Source of the DNA: Octopus vulgaris
Lineage: Eukaryota
Direction: 5' to 3'
NCBI GenBank assembly: GCA_951406725.2
Contig: OX597838.1
Coordinates: forward strand, 44,950,001 to 45,014,000
Length of the DNA stretch: 64,000 bases
Positions 16,945 to 31,743 of the stretch are shown here, piece after piece; the first letter of the stretch is position 1; each line of letters starts with the position of its first letter. The translations under genes and the position numbers were made by a program. The notes beneath the pieces were generated by a model, which searched no databases, was not told the DNA's origin, and worked only from the letters and a program-made list of their open reading frames with translations.

Positions 16945-17300
16945 CTTCTGAATTTTCAGATTTTTCAATATGCAAGAATGTGATTGATATGGGGATATTT
17001 TCTCCTTCAGAGCAACATTTCTAGGTGCTACTGTGAAACAATAAGCGATTTTTCTTTTGAGTTTCAAATTTCTCTCTTAAGAGAACAATAACGAATAGTG
17101 AACGCGGTTTGCATGATTGTATTGCAAGCATTTTAAGGAGACGTTTTCCGGTGCTTTTCTTTCTATCGTTTTCCACCATCATTTGCATAATCATACATTA
17201 TGGTATGTGTAATACGAGTAACAACAAACACTCGCGCGTGCGCATACGCGCATGCACACTCACTCATTCACACACACATATTTATGTATGCATTGCATAC

Positions 17301-17372
<72 letters not shown>

Positions 17373-17374
<2 letters not shown>

Positions 17375-17688
17375 CTGGCACTCCGTCGGTTACGACGACG
17401 AGTGTTCCGGTTGATCAGATCAATGGAACAGCCTATTCTTGAAATTAACGTGCAAGTGGCTGAGCCTTCCTCCACAGGCACGTGTACCCTTAATGAAGTC
17501 AACGTGACACGGAATGTGACAAGGTTGGCCCCTTGAAATACAGGAACAACTAATTTTTGCCAGCTGAGTGGACTGGAATAACGTGAAATAAAGTGTTTTG
17601 CTCAAGGACACAACGCGTCGCCGGGAATTGAACTCTTGACCTTGTGACTGAGTCAAATGCTCTAACCAATAAACCACACGCCATCACA
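17373..17688 (-). mobile_element. tRNA-derived SINE family 2 (other copies 19856-20140 +, 24471-24617 +, 48556-48742 -)
   Basis: Head gtgatggcgtgtggtttattggttagagc...gagttcaattcccggcgac; shared body ccagctgagtggactgga and gaaattaacgtgcaagtggctgagc. Confidence 0.85.
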
Positions 17689-17767
17689 TGATGCACGTGC
17701 TTAAGGTTAAGGTGTTGCACCGATGATCCTACGATTGTAGTTTTGATTCGTAGATATATTGTCTTCT

Positions 17768-17915
17768 CCGCCGAGCTCGACTTTGCCTTTCATCCTTTCG
17801 GGATCGATTAAATAAGTACCAGTTACGCACTGTGGTCGAGGTAATCGACTTAATTCGTTTGTCCTTGTTTGTCCCCTCTGTGTTTAGCCCCTTCTGGTGG
17901 GTAGTAAAGAAATAG
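17768..17915 (+). mobile_element. SINE family 3 with MetaSINE-like central domain (other copies 24035-24210 -, 25390-25560 +, 45410-45592 -, 52735-52925 +)
   Basis: Conserved tcgactttgcctttcatcctttcggg.tcgat.aaataagtaccagt core; the MetaSINE assignment is from recalled consensus. Confidence 0.7.
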
Positions 17916-18514
17916 ATATATTGTCTTCTTGAGCAAAACACTGTCTTACATTTGCTCTTATCCGCTTAGCTGGCAAAAATTGATACCGCAACGGAGCAGC
18001 ATCGCGTCCAGAGATGGATATATACGCCATTTCGTTTTTTTATGTTTTCATTTCTCATTTTGTTCAATAATTTCTTTTTACGTCCTGTACCCATATATGC
18101 ATGTATATATACATATATATGTAGGTAAGTTCATATATATATGCATATATGCATATATTTATATATTATTTACATTATTCCATACATACATACATACTCA
18201 CACATGTCTTTCGTTTTTTGCATTTGGTTTGCCAGATTCTTTAAGTGAATTCGTGTGTTGAAGCATATTTTATTGTGTCTGGGGAGAGTCAGTCTCTTTT
18301 AGTGCTTTATCAATTTAAAACACTCACAAGTACGATTTACATTCATTTAATTATTAATCTTTTGCTACCTTTTAAATTGTCATTGACTCTGTCCGTTATT
18401 GGAACTGCGTTCTTTTTTCTTTTGTTTGTGCGCATGCGTGTGCGTCAGTGTCCGTGCATATACACATATGAATATATGTATGTATGTATGTATGTGTGTG
18501 TATGCATGTATATG

Positions 18515-18565
<51 letters not shown>

Positions 18566-19022
18566 TGCGAGTGTTCACGTTTGTATGTATGTTGGTAAAC
18601 TGCATATATATGCGTATGCATGTGTGTGTGCATGCATATATATATATATATGCATACACGCGCGTTTGTATGTATGTATTCTACATGTCCATGTGCTTGT
18701 GTGTTTGTATCTGTGTGTATGTTTAAGTTTGCCTGTGTATGGGTTTACAGACACACTAAAACATGCACACAAGCACATGGATATGCAGAATACATACAAA
18801 CGTCCACACACGCATACATTTATAAGCATACACGCACACGTATACATGCATACACACACGTACATATATATATATATTCATACACACTTACATACACACG
18901 TATGTGTATGCGCACAAAAACAAAGAACGCATTTCCCAAGACGGACGGAGTCAACGACTGTTGAAAAGGTGTGTGTTAAATTAATAAGACATTAAAAGAG
19001 AATGTCTCTCCAAACACAATAT

Positions 19023-19067
<45 letters not shown>

Positions 19068-20429
19068 CTCTATATCATAATTCTGAAATGCTAAAAGTTT
19101 TGTTTGTTTGTTTGTTTGTCTGGTTTCGGCATTGAGTACGGGTTAAAGGTCACTAGATCCCGGCGGATTGACTCCAAAAATTTACAGGGACATGTAAAAT
19201 GAGGTGAGGATGCGAGTGGGCTAGGTTAGAAATCCCCATCTTAAAAGGTTTGCTAGGGCCAAACACGCACTCTGACAAGTCTACTCTCATTCTTTTATGT
19301 ATCTGTCTTCCTCTATCACTCACTCTCTTTCCTCCCTTCCTTTCACGATCTATCTATAACGTTGTTTCATAGCGTCCATTATCTTTCCCTCACCGCCATC
19401 GCATTCTATTATCTGCCTGTCTTCCTCCATCTCTCTCTCTCTCACCTCCCTTCCTTTCAGTTTCTCTCTATAACGTCATTTGATAGTGTCTACTATCTTT
19501 CATTCGCCAGCGCTGTCACTCTCTCTCTCTCTCTCTCTACGTCTGTCTGCATTCATAAAGAGAATTATCATCGCCACGATCACGACAAAACATTCAAACA
19601 TCCATTTATATACACCTATCGCTATGCACACATAAATATATACAGTGACAGACACTCTGACTTTCTTCAGACATCATTCTATCAGAAATAAAATTGGGAT
19701 GCAGCACGTGCGACTTCATTAGAGTCAACGATCTCGAATAGTATTCTTTTTCGGGAAATGCATACTTTGTTTGGCTCTGTGCAAGCCTACTCCTCTCTTT
19801 AAAAAGCTTCAGACCCAGGCATGGCTTGACTTTCAGCATCTCTATTAAGCGCTGTGTGAAGGTTTGTGGTTTAGTGGTTAGGAACTTTCGGCTCAGAACC
19901 TTATCATCATAAGTTCGGTTCGCGGCTTCTCATTGTGGACGTGACACCTAATTTCACTTTGCTCTAGTCAATTTCGATGGCAAAAGGGAGTTGCGTCTGT
20001 AATTCAAAAGGGCCAGTTTTCTCACATTCTTCGTCACGCTGAATCTTCCTGAAAACTATGCTAAAGTCACCGGTGTTTGTGGAGTACTCAGCCACTTGTA
20101 AAGTTCAATTTCACGATCAAGCTGCTCGGAGGAGCGAACCAGAGTGTCAGTTTATACGTTGTACAAGATGGGTGGCTGCTGTCGAAAAGGATAAAAACAA
20201 ACAATGAAAATGGTAAGATCTCTAACAGCTGCGACAAATGGCACTCATTGTGACGTCTAAGCTAATTGCTGTATGTCACAAGTAGAACTTCAAAGTAGAA
20301 CAACAAATGTTTGAGTAGCGGCGGCTCTATTGAATTGTAGCGAGAAAAGCCAAGCGAAGCCATTCAGTAAAATCGAGTTACAATACATTATGCATGCATG
20401 TATACAGGCAGAGACACACATATATATAT

Positions 20430-20468
<39 letters not shown>

Positions 20469-20644
20469 GACAGACAAAGGGTACACAGAGAATGAGGAAA
20501 TGAGTAAACTAATATTTAAGGTAAATGAGTTGTGTGTGTGTGTACATCTATCTATCTAATATCTCTTAGAAATATATATATATATATATACATACATACA
20601 TACATACATACATACATACATACATACATACATACATACATACT

Positions 20645-20690
<46 letters not shown>

Positions 20691-20905
20691 TGCTGCACGC
20701 ACTTAGACATCTGCCTGCTGATTATACGTATAGAAATATAGAAATATTGTCATTTTATTATATACAGTTCATACACACCTGTCACGAGAATTTCGGTGTT
20801 ACTCCCGGCTATACGTTTTCGCAATCATCTGCAACTGTTGATAATGCAAATTTAAAACAATTGCCATTCATTCAGTACATTAATATGAATATCTAATAAA
20901 TCTCT

Positions 20906-20943
<38 letters not shown>

Positions 20944-20947
20944 GTCC

Positions 20948-21069
<122 letters not shown>

Positions 21070-21135
21070 GTATCTTTCTATCTATCTATCTATCTAAGCG
21101 TGTCTTCCCTGTCTCTGCCTCTCTCATTCTCTCTC

Positions 21136-21180
<45 letters not shown>

Positions 21181-21268
21181 GTATGTATGTATATATGTAT
21201 ATATATATGTGTATATATATATATGTGTGCCTGCATATATATATATGTGTGTGTATACATATATATAA

Positions 21269-21319
<51 letters not shown>

Positions 21320-21328
21320 TATGTACAC

Positions 21329-21385
<57 letters not shown>

Positions 21386-21559
21386 ATATGGTTTGCGTTT
21401 GTATGTGTTTTTTTGTGTCTGTTAATATGCAAGTATGAGTGCGCGCATGTAATATTAGATTATTGTCTGTAGTATCAGAATACTATCAATTCTTTTATCT
21501 CTCCGATCTATATATCAATAGTTATAAGAACGTGCAGAATTCTCTCTGGCTATTGTGTT

Positions 21560-21638
<79 letters not shown>

Positions 21639-21639
21639 C

Positions 21640-21813
21640 CGGAGTAAACACATAAATGTGAAACAAGGTGGAAAAAAGAGTACTCAAATACCAGTGGTAG
21701 AGTAATGTGCTTTATTTAAAGCAGCAGAAAATTCAACAAAACCTGTTACTCTGAGTTTCCCGTTGCAACTCAGAGTAACAGGTTTTGTTGAATTTTCTGC
21801 TGCTTTAAATAAA

Positions 21814-21814
<1 letters not shown>
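21640..21814. mobile_element. PLE-type terminal fragment forming a 48-bp-arm palindrome
   Basis: Arms 21710-21757 / 21767-21814; the minus strand carries an HHR 3' half GAAA-ctc-a-gag-UA. Confidence 0.75.
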
Positions 21815-21891
<77 letters not shown>

Positions 21892-21892
21892 G

Positions 21893-21920
21893 TAGAAAAA
21901 TACCAACATGGACAAGAACG

Positions 21921-21976
<56 letters not shown>

Positions 21977-22260
21977 AAATGTAAAAAAAATACAAACAGG
22001 GACAAGAACGTGAAACATTTAGAAGACGATACAAAAAACATGGACGGGACATTCGAAGCCTTCAATCTTCAGTCAAGAACCGGATCATCTTCGCAATTTC
22101 GGGTGATTAATCTTGAGATTGCTCCGATCTGGCCAGCCCCCAAGGAAAATCTAAGCCAAGCGTATTAGATTCCTTGGAAGAAAGCCTCAAATGTATACAA
22201 AACAAGGACGGAAAAACGGACAATGTTACACGAATAAAAATACAAATATACGTAAAAACA
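21893..22260 (-). mobile_element. Rearranged-hammerhead repeat family, best-preserved copy
   Basis: Homologous to 26865-27350, 15875-16380, 10222-10390 and 31055-31222; embedded in (TA)n. Confidence 0.75.
22050..22132 (-). ncRNA. Candidate non-circularly permuted hammerhead ribozyme
   Basis: ccagatc-gga-GCAA-UC-UCAAGA-uuaaucaccc-GAAA-UUGC-gaagau-gauccgg-u-UCUUGA-CUGAAGA. Helices I and III pair perfectly; helix II is uncertain. Confidence 0.55.
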
Positions 22261-22327
22261 ATAAGGATAATAATAATAACACACATATATATGTATACAT
22301 ATATATATATATATATATACTTATCCA

Positions 22328-22382
<55 letters not shown>

Positions 22383-22401
22383 ATCTATATCTATCTATCT
22401 A

Positions 22402-22473
<72 letters not shown>

Positions 22474-22706
22474 TTATATATATACATTTATATATATATA
22501 TATATATGAATAAAAAATGGAGTTAACGCAGGTGTAAACAAATATTTTTACTTTCGACACATGTTATTCAAATATTCAACGTAAACACGAAGTTTCTACC
22601 TTTATAAACAAGGAGTTACAACACCTTTACTTGTGAGATTTTTGCTGCCCTGGTAACTATTTATTTATTTTTCCGTGTTAATTGTTAACAAGGTAAAAAT
22701 ACACTC

Positions 22707-22737
<31 letters not shown>

Positions 22738-23284
22738 GATTGATGTATAATTTCCTTGGTGGGATAGGTAAATCTTTCACTAATTTCCTGTGAGCTACAC
22801 ATGTGTTTGTGTTATTATATAATATATATGTATAAATATATGCGCACTTATTTTTGTACATATACTTGCATGTATGTGTGTGTGTGTGCGCGCGCGCGTG
22901 TGTATGTGCATAAATCTATGCATGTATTCACTCGTTAGTGTACGTATATCACGTTTCTACTGTGAGTTAGTGAGAAATGTCGAAAAGCGTCACCTATGAA
23001 ACGTGAAATCTAGCTGCAAGTCTTGGCGAAGGAAATTTTCTTTCTCTCAGTGAAGGATAAGAAAACATTTACCATTAAATCTAGATTATACTATAACTTG
23101 CTGTGTATACTTGAAATGATCTCACGAATTCGATTTTAGTTTTCAAATCCGTCAGAAATAAAAATAATTCTGAAATATCGATATCGTTATGGGAATATAA
23201 CTTTCTGAAGAAGTTTCCTACTTGATACAAGTGAGAAGATAGAGAAGCTAATAAGAAGATAAGTAGGTAAGTTGGTAAAGAAGT

Positions 23285-23560
23285 GGGTAGGTAGGTAGGT
23301 AGGTAGGTAGGTAGGTAGGTAGGTAGGTAGGCTGGTAGGTAGGTAGGTAGGTAGGTAGGTAGGTAGGTAGGTAGGTAGGCTGGTAGGTAGGTAGGTAGGT
23401 AGGTAGGTAGGCAGGTAGGTAGGTAGGCTGGTAGGTAGGTAGATAGGTAGGTAGGTAGGTAGGTAGGTAGGTAGGTAGGTAGGCAGGTAGGTAGGTAAGT
23501 AGGCTGGTAGGTAGCTAGGTAGGTAGATAGATAGACAGACAGACAGACACAGACAATCAC
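23285..23560. repeat. (GGTA)n tetranucleotide microsatellite with GGCT/GGCA interruptions
   Basis: Directly visible. Confidence 0.95.
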
Positions 23561-25084
23561 ACAGATAGATAGATAGGTACGTACATATGTAGGGAGGTAC
23601 ATAGCTAATACGGAGAGACAAGCACACACGCACACACACACCCACACACACATAAGGAGACAGAAACATACGGCCGTATATACACACACACTCCATATAC
23701 ACGCATTCTCTAAAAGCACATATATGCACACATACACACACAATAGACGCTTTTGCATACTCACACAAACTCATACACATACACACAGTCAAATACGTAC
23801 ACACAAGCAAGTAGAGTTGCACACAAAGTCATACACATATACATGCATACACAGACAATCACGCACACACAAAGACATAAATAATTAGAATACATACATA
23901 CGTACATACACAAGAACATGCACACACACGCTGGCCCACACACGCATGGAACAAGTTCTCCAGCAGACACGCGCGGCCTCTAACGGACTAAGTCAACAGC
24001 CATTGAAAAGGTTGACAAACAATAACTGAGAAATTATTCTCTACTCTAGGCACAAGGCCCAACATTTTTGGGGGTGGGTGGGGAGAGAGGGCCAGTCGAT
24101 TAGATCGACCCCAGTACGCAACTGGTACTTAATTTATCGAGCCCGAAAGGATAAAAGGCAAAGTCAACCCCGGCGGAATTTGAACTCAACGTAAAGACAG
24201 GCGAAGACAATAACTAAGAAATTGAAAAATCGATTAGTTAACCATTTAACTAATAATATATGAATGGAAATGGAACCAATGCGTGTGTTAGTTATATTGG
24301 TATAATGACTCTCCCTAGGCACAGCAATATATAGGTATACATATATACCCATATATCTATATATTTATATTTATACACACATACACACAAACAAGTATTT
24401 TATGTAAAAGTATATGCATACGTGTGTATTCATATGTGTGACGTATACACCTACATGTGTATATAAACATTTGTGAAGGCGCATGGCTTAGTGGTAATGG
24501 TAATTGGCTCGCGATCGTAAGGTCGTGAGTTCGATTTCTGGCAACACATTGTGTCATTGATCAAGACACTTTATTTCACATTGCTCCACTCCATTCAGCT
24601 GGCGACAATGAGTTGTTATTAAAAGGTCCAGCATATATATATATATATCTCCATTGGATGGTGACATTGTGCTCTATTCGAACCCGCGACTGCAACAGAC
24701 ACTTTTTTCATCTCTCTTACTCTTTAACAATTAACCTTGATAATGTGTAGAATGAAGTGAATCGTTAAAAACTATTCATTTCATTATTCCTTATTTATTT
24801 TTTATTTTGTAGATTTTTTCAGTAAGTGGAGTATATAAATTAGTCATGTGTAACTGTAGCGCACATTTTCAAGGATATATTTATGATCTCCGCTGGTTAT
24901 CTCCCTTTCGTTGAGCTGTACTATATTTCGAACACGTCTGCTTACTTATTCCGCGCCGTATCTCTTTGTCTCTCTTCGTCTGGTTCTCTCTCTCTCACCA
25001 TCTCTCTCTTTCTTTCTCTTGGTCTTTTTTCTTTGCTTTTTGTTTTTCTCTCTCTGTCTCTGTCTCTGTCTCTGTCTATCTCTC

Positions 25085-25122
<38 letters not shown>

Positions 25123-26864
25123 CTGATTTTCTTTCTCTTCTCGTTTCTTCTTCCCTGTTTCCTCTCAATAATCCGTTATTCAGAAATACTGTACGTTATA
25201 TGATTTGAGGGAAAATTTGTTGTTAGTTCTCGTGGGCCAAAGGAACTTTTATACACTTCCCTCGCACGTTGCATAATCTGATCCTTTAAACATAATTTCT
25301 AAAGGGACAGGATAATCATGAAGAAGAGCAATTTCTATTTGTTGACTAAATCAAATGCGGCGCGATCTCAGAATGGCTATCATGTCGGATCAAGTGGCGA
25401 GTGGCATTTCGACCGGCTCTTTATGCTGTGAGTTGAAATTCCGTTGTATTTGACTTTGCCTTTCTTCCTCTCGAGGTCGATAAAATAACTAACAGCTCAG
25501 CACTGGAATCGATGTGATCGTCTGTTTCAGGCCTTGTGCCTATTGCTGAAAGAATGATCGGCTGGATCAAAACTGGGGCTAAACAACCACAATTGTCACG
25601 TTATCCATTTTCAGCACACATGTTATTCCATACTTGTCTATCGTTTGTTAGTTTTTCCTGTCGATTGTCTTTCTTTACAAATGGGTGTCGTCTGCTGCAG
25701 TTATCTCCACCTCACTTGCCATATTGTCGTCTGGTTCTCCCATTTATAGAACATTAAAATATTCTAATGAGAATGGGATGCATGGAACTTAGACCTGAAC
25801 TAATTCTTAAAGAACTCACCTGACAATGATTTGGTGCACATGCATATATATATGTGTGTTTTTTAGGTGTGTTTGAGGTTTTCCTAAACCAAAATATCTT
25901 ATCGATTTGAATGTTAATAAATTTCTTTGGGTGAAAAGTTAATATTTCAGTGGTAACAATATATTCTTTTTTATATTTGTTAGTTGATGCTTTTGTTTTT
26001 TTCTTTCTTGCTAATTTTCGGATGGATCGATTTAGAATGTGTTGATGTATTCCTCATTTAAGTATTCATTGAGGAATAAGGAATAGTTTGAAAGAGAATG
26101 CATGTGGAGGTAGAAATGGGGAAAGAGAGTGAGAGAGAGTCAGAGAGGGAGAGGTAAAGTAGAGAAAGAAGTATATGGAGGGAGGGAGGAGACTGTGGTT
26201 GTGAGTGAAAGAGACATTTGGAGTAAATATGGTGAGAGATGAAGTAAAATTGAAAGCGCAAGAGGAAATTGAAAATTGAGAATGAGCGAGCGAAGGAGTA
26301 GGAGTAATGGGGAGAGGTGGAGAAAAGAAGGAAGATGTAGAAGAGGAGGACGGAAAGGGAGAGGGAGTGTGTGTACAGAAAGAGAAAAAAATGAGTTGAG
26401 GGAATGAATTTGATATCGATATAAATACGCACGTGTAACGGAAAAATGAAAGACGGATTGATTGGAAGAAGTCGAAATAGAAAGAAAGGAAGAAAGTTGA
26501 AGATGGTGAGAAGAGGATTAGATATCGAAGAAACGAAGAATTGCAGAATGGCGAAAGGGAGAGATAAAGAGGTCCTTAAATGGAAGGGGAATACGGAGTA
26601 AAAATAGAGGGAGGAAGGGAGTGAAAGATACGAAGATGTGCAGAGACAAGAAGAGAGAGAGAGAGAAAAAAAGGGAGAGAGTGTGAGGTAAAAAAAAAAA
26701 TACAAGTAATTCTTAAGAGGAAATAAGAGCAAACATATAATTATTAAATTGTAATTAAAGAAGTGGAAGATAATAATCAGACCTAAATATTGGGCGACTA
26801 ACAGACAGATATAAAGAGAGACTTTGGTAGAAAGGTAGATAGACAGGTAGATATATATTTATCT

Positions 26865-27350
26865 ATAAAAATATAAAAATGGGACAAGAACGCAAAACAT
26901 CCAGACAGGTGAAACAAAAAAGGGACAACAAAAAATCCAGTCAGACGATACAAGGAAAGCAAGAATGGATCATTCGCAGTTTTCTATCCTCAGTCGAGTT
27001 CCAGATTATCTTTGTAATTTCGGCCGGTTACTCTCGAGATTCCTCTAATCTGGCCAGCCTCAAGGAAAAAATAAGCTAAGAGCATTACATTCTTTGGAAG
27101 AAAGCAGCGAATGCATACGAAAAAAGGACGGAAAAAAAGCAGAGAAATGTTACACAAATACAAATAACAGGGAATAACAACAGGTGTCTTCCGACTAAGG
27201 ACGAATTAAATTAAGCTGGCGTCTGTGGAAGTAAAGCCTTACGACAGGGACATAACGTTTAACAAGCACAGGAAGGAATATAGATGTTGCACGGACAGTA
27301 GTCCAACCAAGAAAGAAAGGTCAGGCCTGACCGAACACCGGTCACGTGGG
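26865..27350 (-). mobile_element. Rearranged-hammerhead repeat family copy
   Basis: Core at 26987-27053: ccagauu...ggaaUC-UCGAG...ccGAAAuuac...aaucugg..CUCGA-CUGAGGA. Confidence 0.75.
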
Positions 27351-27725
27351 AGAGAAGAGAGAAAGAGGTAGAGGCAGAGGGATAGAAGAATTAAGGAGGG
27401 GCGAGAGAAAGATGAAAGAGACACAGTGAAGTGAAAGAGGGAAAGCGAGCATGAAGAGAAGGCCAGGAAATGTGAGAGAGGGGGAACGAAAGATAGATAT
27501 ATATTTAGCTTTTGCTAGCAAGATAAATAGAGAGATGGATCGACTGATTGGCTGTGGGAATGTAGGTAGACATATAAACTGATTAATAAGCAGGTATGTA
27601 TATGTGTGCGTAGGACTATGTGAATGTGTTTGCATGTGTGTGCGCGCGTGGGAGTATGTGTATGTGTGTATATATATGTGGGTATGTAATCATGTAGGTA
27701 ATTAATTATGCATGTATGTATGTAA

Positions 27726-27778
<53 letters not shown>

Positions 27779-27793
27779 CATATATACATATAC

Positions 27794-27840
<47 letters not shown>

Positions 27841-28784
27841 AATGAAGAGATACTCTGTTGTTATATAGAACGATGAACAGTATATTTATTTAGTACGGAT
27901 AGTGCTAAGTAAATAGATTATCGTAGATTATGTTTCTCTCTCTAAGTCCATAAACTCCGTAATTTCCGTCAACGAGGGAAATTATTGAGAAAGTTAGATA
28001 CCTAGTCCTCATGTTAAACCAATTCATTGTGCTCCATGGCCTATTGATACAAAAATATACAAATATTCATACATACATACGTAACATATATCCGATAGAT
28101 GGCAGGATAAAACAGATAGGTAGAAAGATTGAGGGGAGCCCAGACAGAGAGACACAGAGAAGAAAGGAAGAGTTATAATGTTACATGGGATATATATATA
28201 CGGGTAATAAATCTTCAAAGAAAATGGTTTATACTGGATATAGACAATAAGTGCTCGGGTAGGTCCAGATACCCCAAATCCAACGTAGGACGAAGGAGGT
28301 CAGGATCTGGGCAACTACGAATTGACTAAAGGCATTTACCCAATCGAGGTAACAGAAGCATAATGATAAACATAAGTTCGACGAGCGGTTGAAAATAGCT
28401 AATAAAATTGTTATTCAGAAGTGAATATAACAATTTGTGAATTAATCAGAAAATAAAAAAGGAAAGTTTAGGGAGCCACATTTCAAATTCCGTTTAGCCC
28501 TCGACGATCGACGACAATTAAATTATTTCATTACCAGCATGGTTGTATTCGAACTTGAACAAATGACTATCACTTCCCGTTGCCAACCAGCATCAATTGA
28601 GTCAAAAACTCAAAGGCCTGGAATTCTACCGACAGGCTTCCCAACTATCACCAGAACAATGGCTCTTCATTTGGGTGGTGGTCACAGGTTTTGGAAATTT
28701 TAGAATTAGATGTGTATGTAAATATATGTTTGCATGTGCGTGTCTGTGGGAATATTTCCGTGTGTGTATATATATGTATATGTG

Positions 28785-28858
<74 letters not shown>

Positions 28859-28960
28859 TGTATGTGTGTGTGTTTGTGTGTGTATGTGTATATATATGTA
28901 TATATGTATGTATATATATTTGCACATATATATATATATATATGTATGTATATATATTTG

Positions 28961-29060
<100 letters not shown>

Positions 29061-29249
29061 ATTTCTGAATGGTCATTTTGCTAGTTTAGCCAATAAAAAC
29101 ACACGCACTATATATTTGGTGTTATTTATTTTTTACATTAAACTTAATCTTATTTCGGCCAGAGTTCTTTCGTCACACTGGCAAAATGACCATTCCGAAA
29201 TACAACAATATCTGTTTCAACACACGATTTCACATAAAAAATCTTGCAA

Positions 29250-29373
<124 letters not shown>

Positions 29374-30054
29374 CATATAGATGCATACACACATACACAC
29401 ATACATACATTTTTACTGATAGATATAAATATACTGCTTCTCTGTATCTGAGTACTCTTATACACATTCTAACATTGATCGGTTTTTAATTATGAGAGGA
29501 GCTCCCCACATGCATGATTGCTTTCTCATTGGTAATGCTTTTCTGTCTATATGCATAAATGTAAATGTTTTCCCCAAATAAATTGCACTTTATATTTCAG
29601 TCACCAATGAAGGTTGTTACTCAAGCAATCAATTATGAGTGCACTGCATCGAATAGAAGAAACAGTTGTAAGCTTATGAAGTTCATGAGATAAACGTTTA
29701 TTCTTTTCTTATCACATTTTCTAATAACTAGAGAAAATAACCTTCTGTAGAACTCAATGTACAAATGCATCAAAACGGAGTCGAGTACAAAGCGGTAATA
29801 ACAAAATAAGATGACAAAGGAATAAATGGTTATCTTATAAACTTCATGAACTTTCCGCTGTTTCGGATTTAAGAGGAGCAATACTTTTTAGTTTCATCGG
29901 AGCCTCGAATATGAAGTGCAGCTAATATGGGAAAAATATTACATTTATGTACATATATAGGGAAAAGCAGTACCTATGAGAAGGCCAACACCTACGGTTA
30001 TTCCTTTCTAATCTTACATTAGTATGTATGTATGTATGTTTGTATGTATGTATG

Positions 30055-30099
<45 letters not shown>

Positions 30100-30159
30100 T
30101 TTCCATCATTTTATCTAGCTTCAGCTCACGAGCTGTGGCCATGCTGGGGCACGGCCATT

Positions 30160-30193
<34 letters not shown>

Positions 30194-30562
30194 ACAGAAT
30201 TTACTTGATGACTATGGGCAGGATGCTAGGCAATAACAAGATCATTAAATATTTGTAATAGCAAACGACAGATGACCAATAATACTTGAGGCTGTTCGTA
30301 ATGGTAGAGGTGGAAAATGCTATCAGGAACACAGTTTCGTTTCACATTTCCCGAGTGTTCTTTTTATTTGCTGTTTGTTTGTTTTTTGTCTGTTGGATCA
30401 TTTTTAGCTCTATGGTATTTTCTTTTAATCTACTCTCGTGTGCCTGGTTCTTCCTCTGTTCATTACACAGTGTGTAGTCACTTTGTGTTAAGTGGCAAGA
30501 TCCATCTATCTCTCTCTCTCAGTCTTTCTCTTTCTCACTCTTTCTCGCTCTCTCTCTCTATA

Positions 30563-30686
<124 letters not shown>

Positions 30687-30798
30687 TGTATGTATGTATG
30701 TATGTATGTATATATGTATATATATATGTATGTATTTGAGTATTTGAGTATATATGTGTGCATTTTCCACCTTGTTTCACATTTATATATATATATAT

Positions 30799-30858
<60 letters not shown>

Positions 30859-30861
<3 letters not shown>

Positions 30862-31031
30862 GTCCCGGGTTGAGTATGGGTTAACCACAGTAAATAAGGT
30901 ACTCAATACATAGCAGAGTAAATTAATTTATTTTATAGAAGGAGCTTCTACGGGACTAGAACTGCTTCATTCAAAAGAACTTTTGAATGAAACAGTTCTA
31001 GTCCTGTAGAAGCTCCTTCTATAAAATAAAT
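30859..31031. mobile_element. HHR family A terminal fragment folded into a palindrome (arms 30926-30977 / 30980-31031)
   Basis: Same sequence as 48796-48912; two mismatches between arms; bounded by (TA)n. Confidence 0.85.
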
Positions 31032-31054
31032 ATATATATATATATATATATATA

Positions 31055-31222
31055 ATAAATGGAACAAAAACGCAATAGAGTAGAATCAAACATTCGCACA
31101 GATGGACGATACAAGATGGATAAGAGAAAGCACAATTCGAAGGACGGGCAAAAAAAGAAATGGGTCATTCGTGGCCTTCTTTCCTCAGTCAAGTCCCAGA
31201 AGTTACGACCATTTCAGGCAGT
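31055..31222 (-). mobile_element. 5'-truncated rearranged-hammerhead family copy
   Basis: Minus strand: gccuGAAA, 23 nt, CUGAGGA-aagaaggccacGAAU. Confidence 0.6.
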
Positions 31223-31293
31223 TACACACATATACATGTATATTTATATGTATATATATATATACACATATCATATGCATACACATACACACA

Positions 31294-31326
<33 letters not shown>

Positions 31327-31743
31327 TTACATACACATACTTATATCTGTTTGTACGTATGTATGTATGCATGTTCTATGTATGAGTATTTAACTAGCTC
31401 GCTAGCGACTTTCAAGATTTCGTGCAATGAAATTCTTTTGATATATTAAGTTTATCCCTAACATATGTAATATAGCAAGCAGTTTCTAAATCAGACCCTG
31501 CACCTCATTATGATCGAAACTTCTAAGGATTTTGGTTTGCTTATTCCCGTAGTATTATTATCATTGATAGAGAAGAGCAGCTGAGGAAATTTACCTTCGT
31601 TTTGAGTAGACAGGCCAATGATGACGTCTTTGCACATATGAATGATCTGCTAAAATTAGAAGCAAGATATCTTGCTATGTTAGGAAAGGTTGATACCTTG
31701 GATAATGCAGTATTGTTTTCACTGCGATTGGAATTATGATGAG

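Noticed and set aside
26058-26732. 224-aa F/L/S-rich ORF resembling a membrane protein
   Set aside because: Reverse complement of a purine-rich (GA) low-complexity tract.
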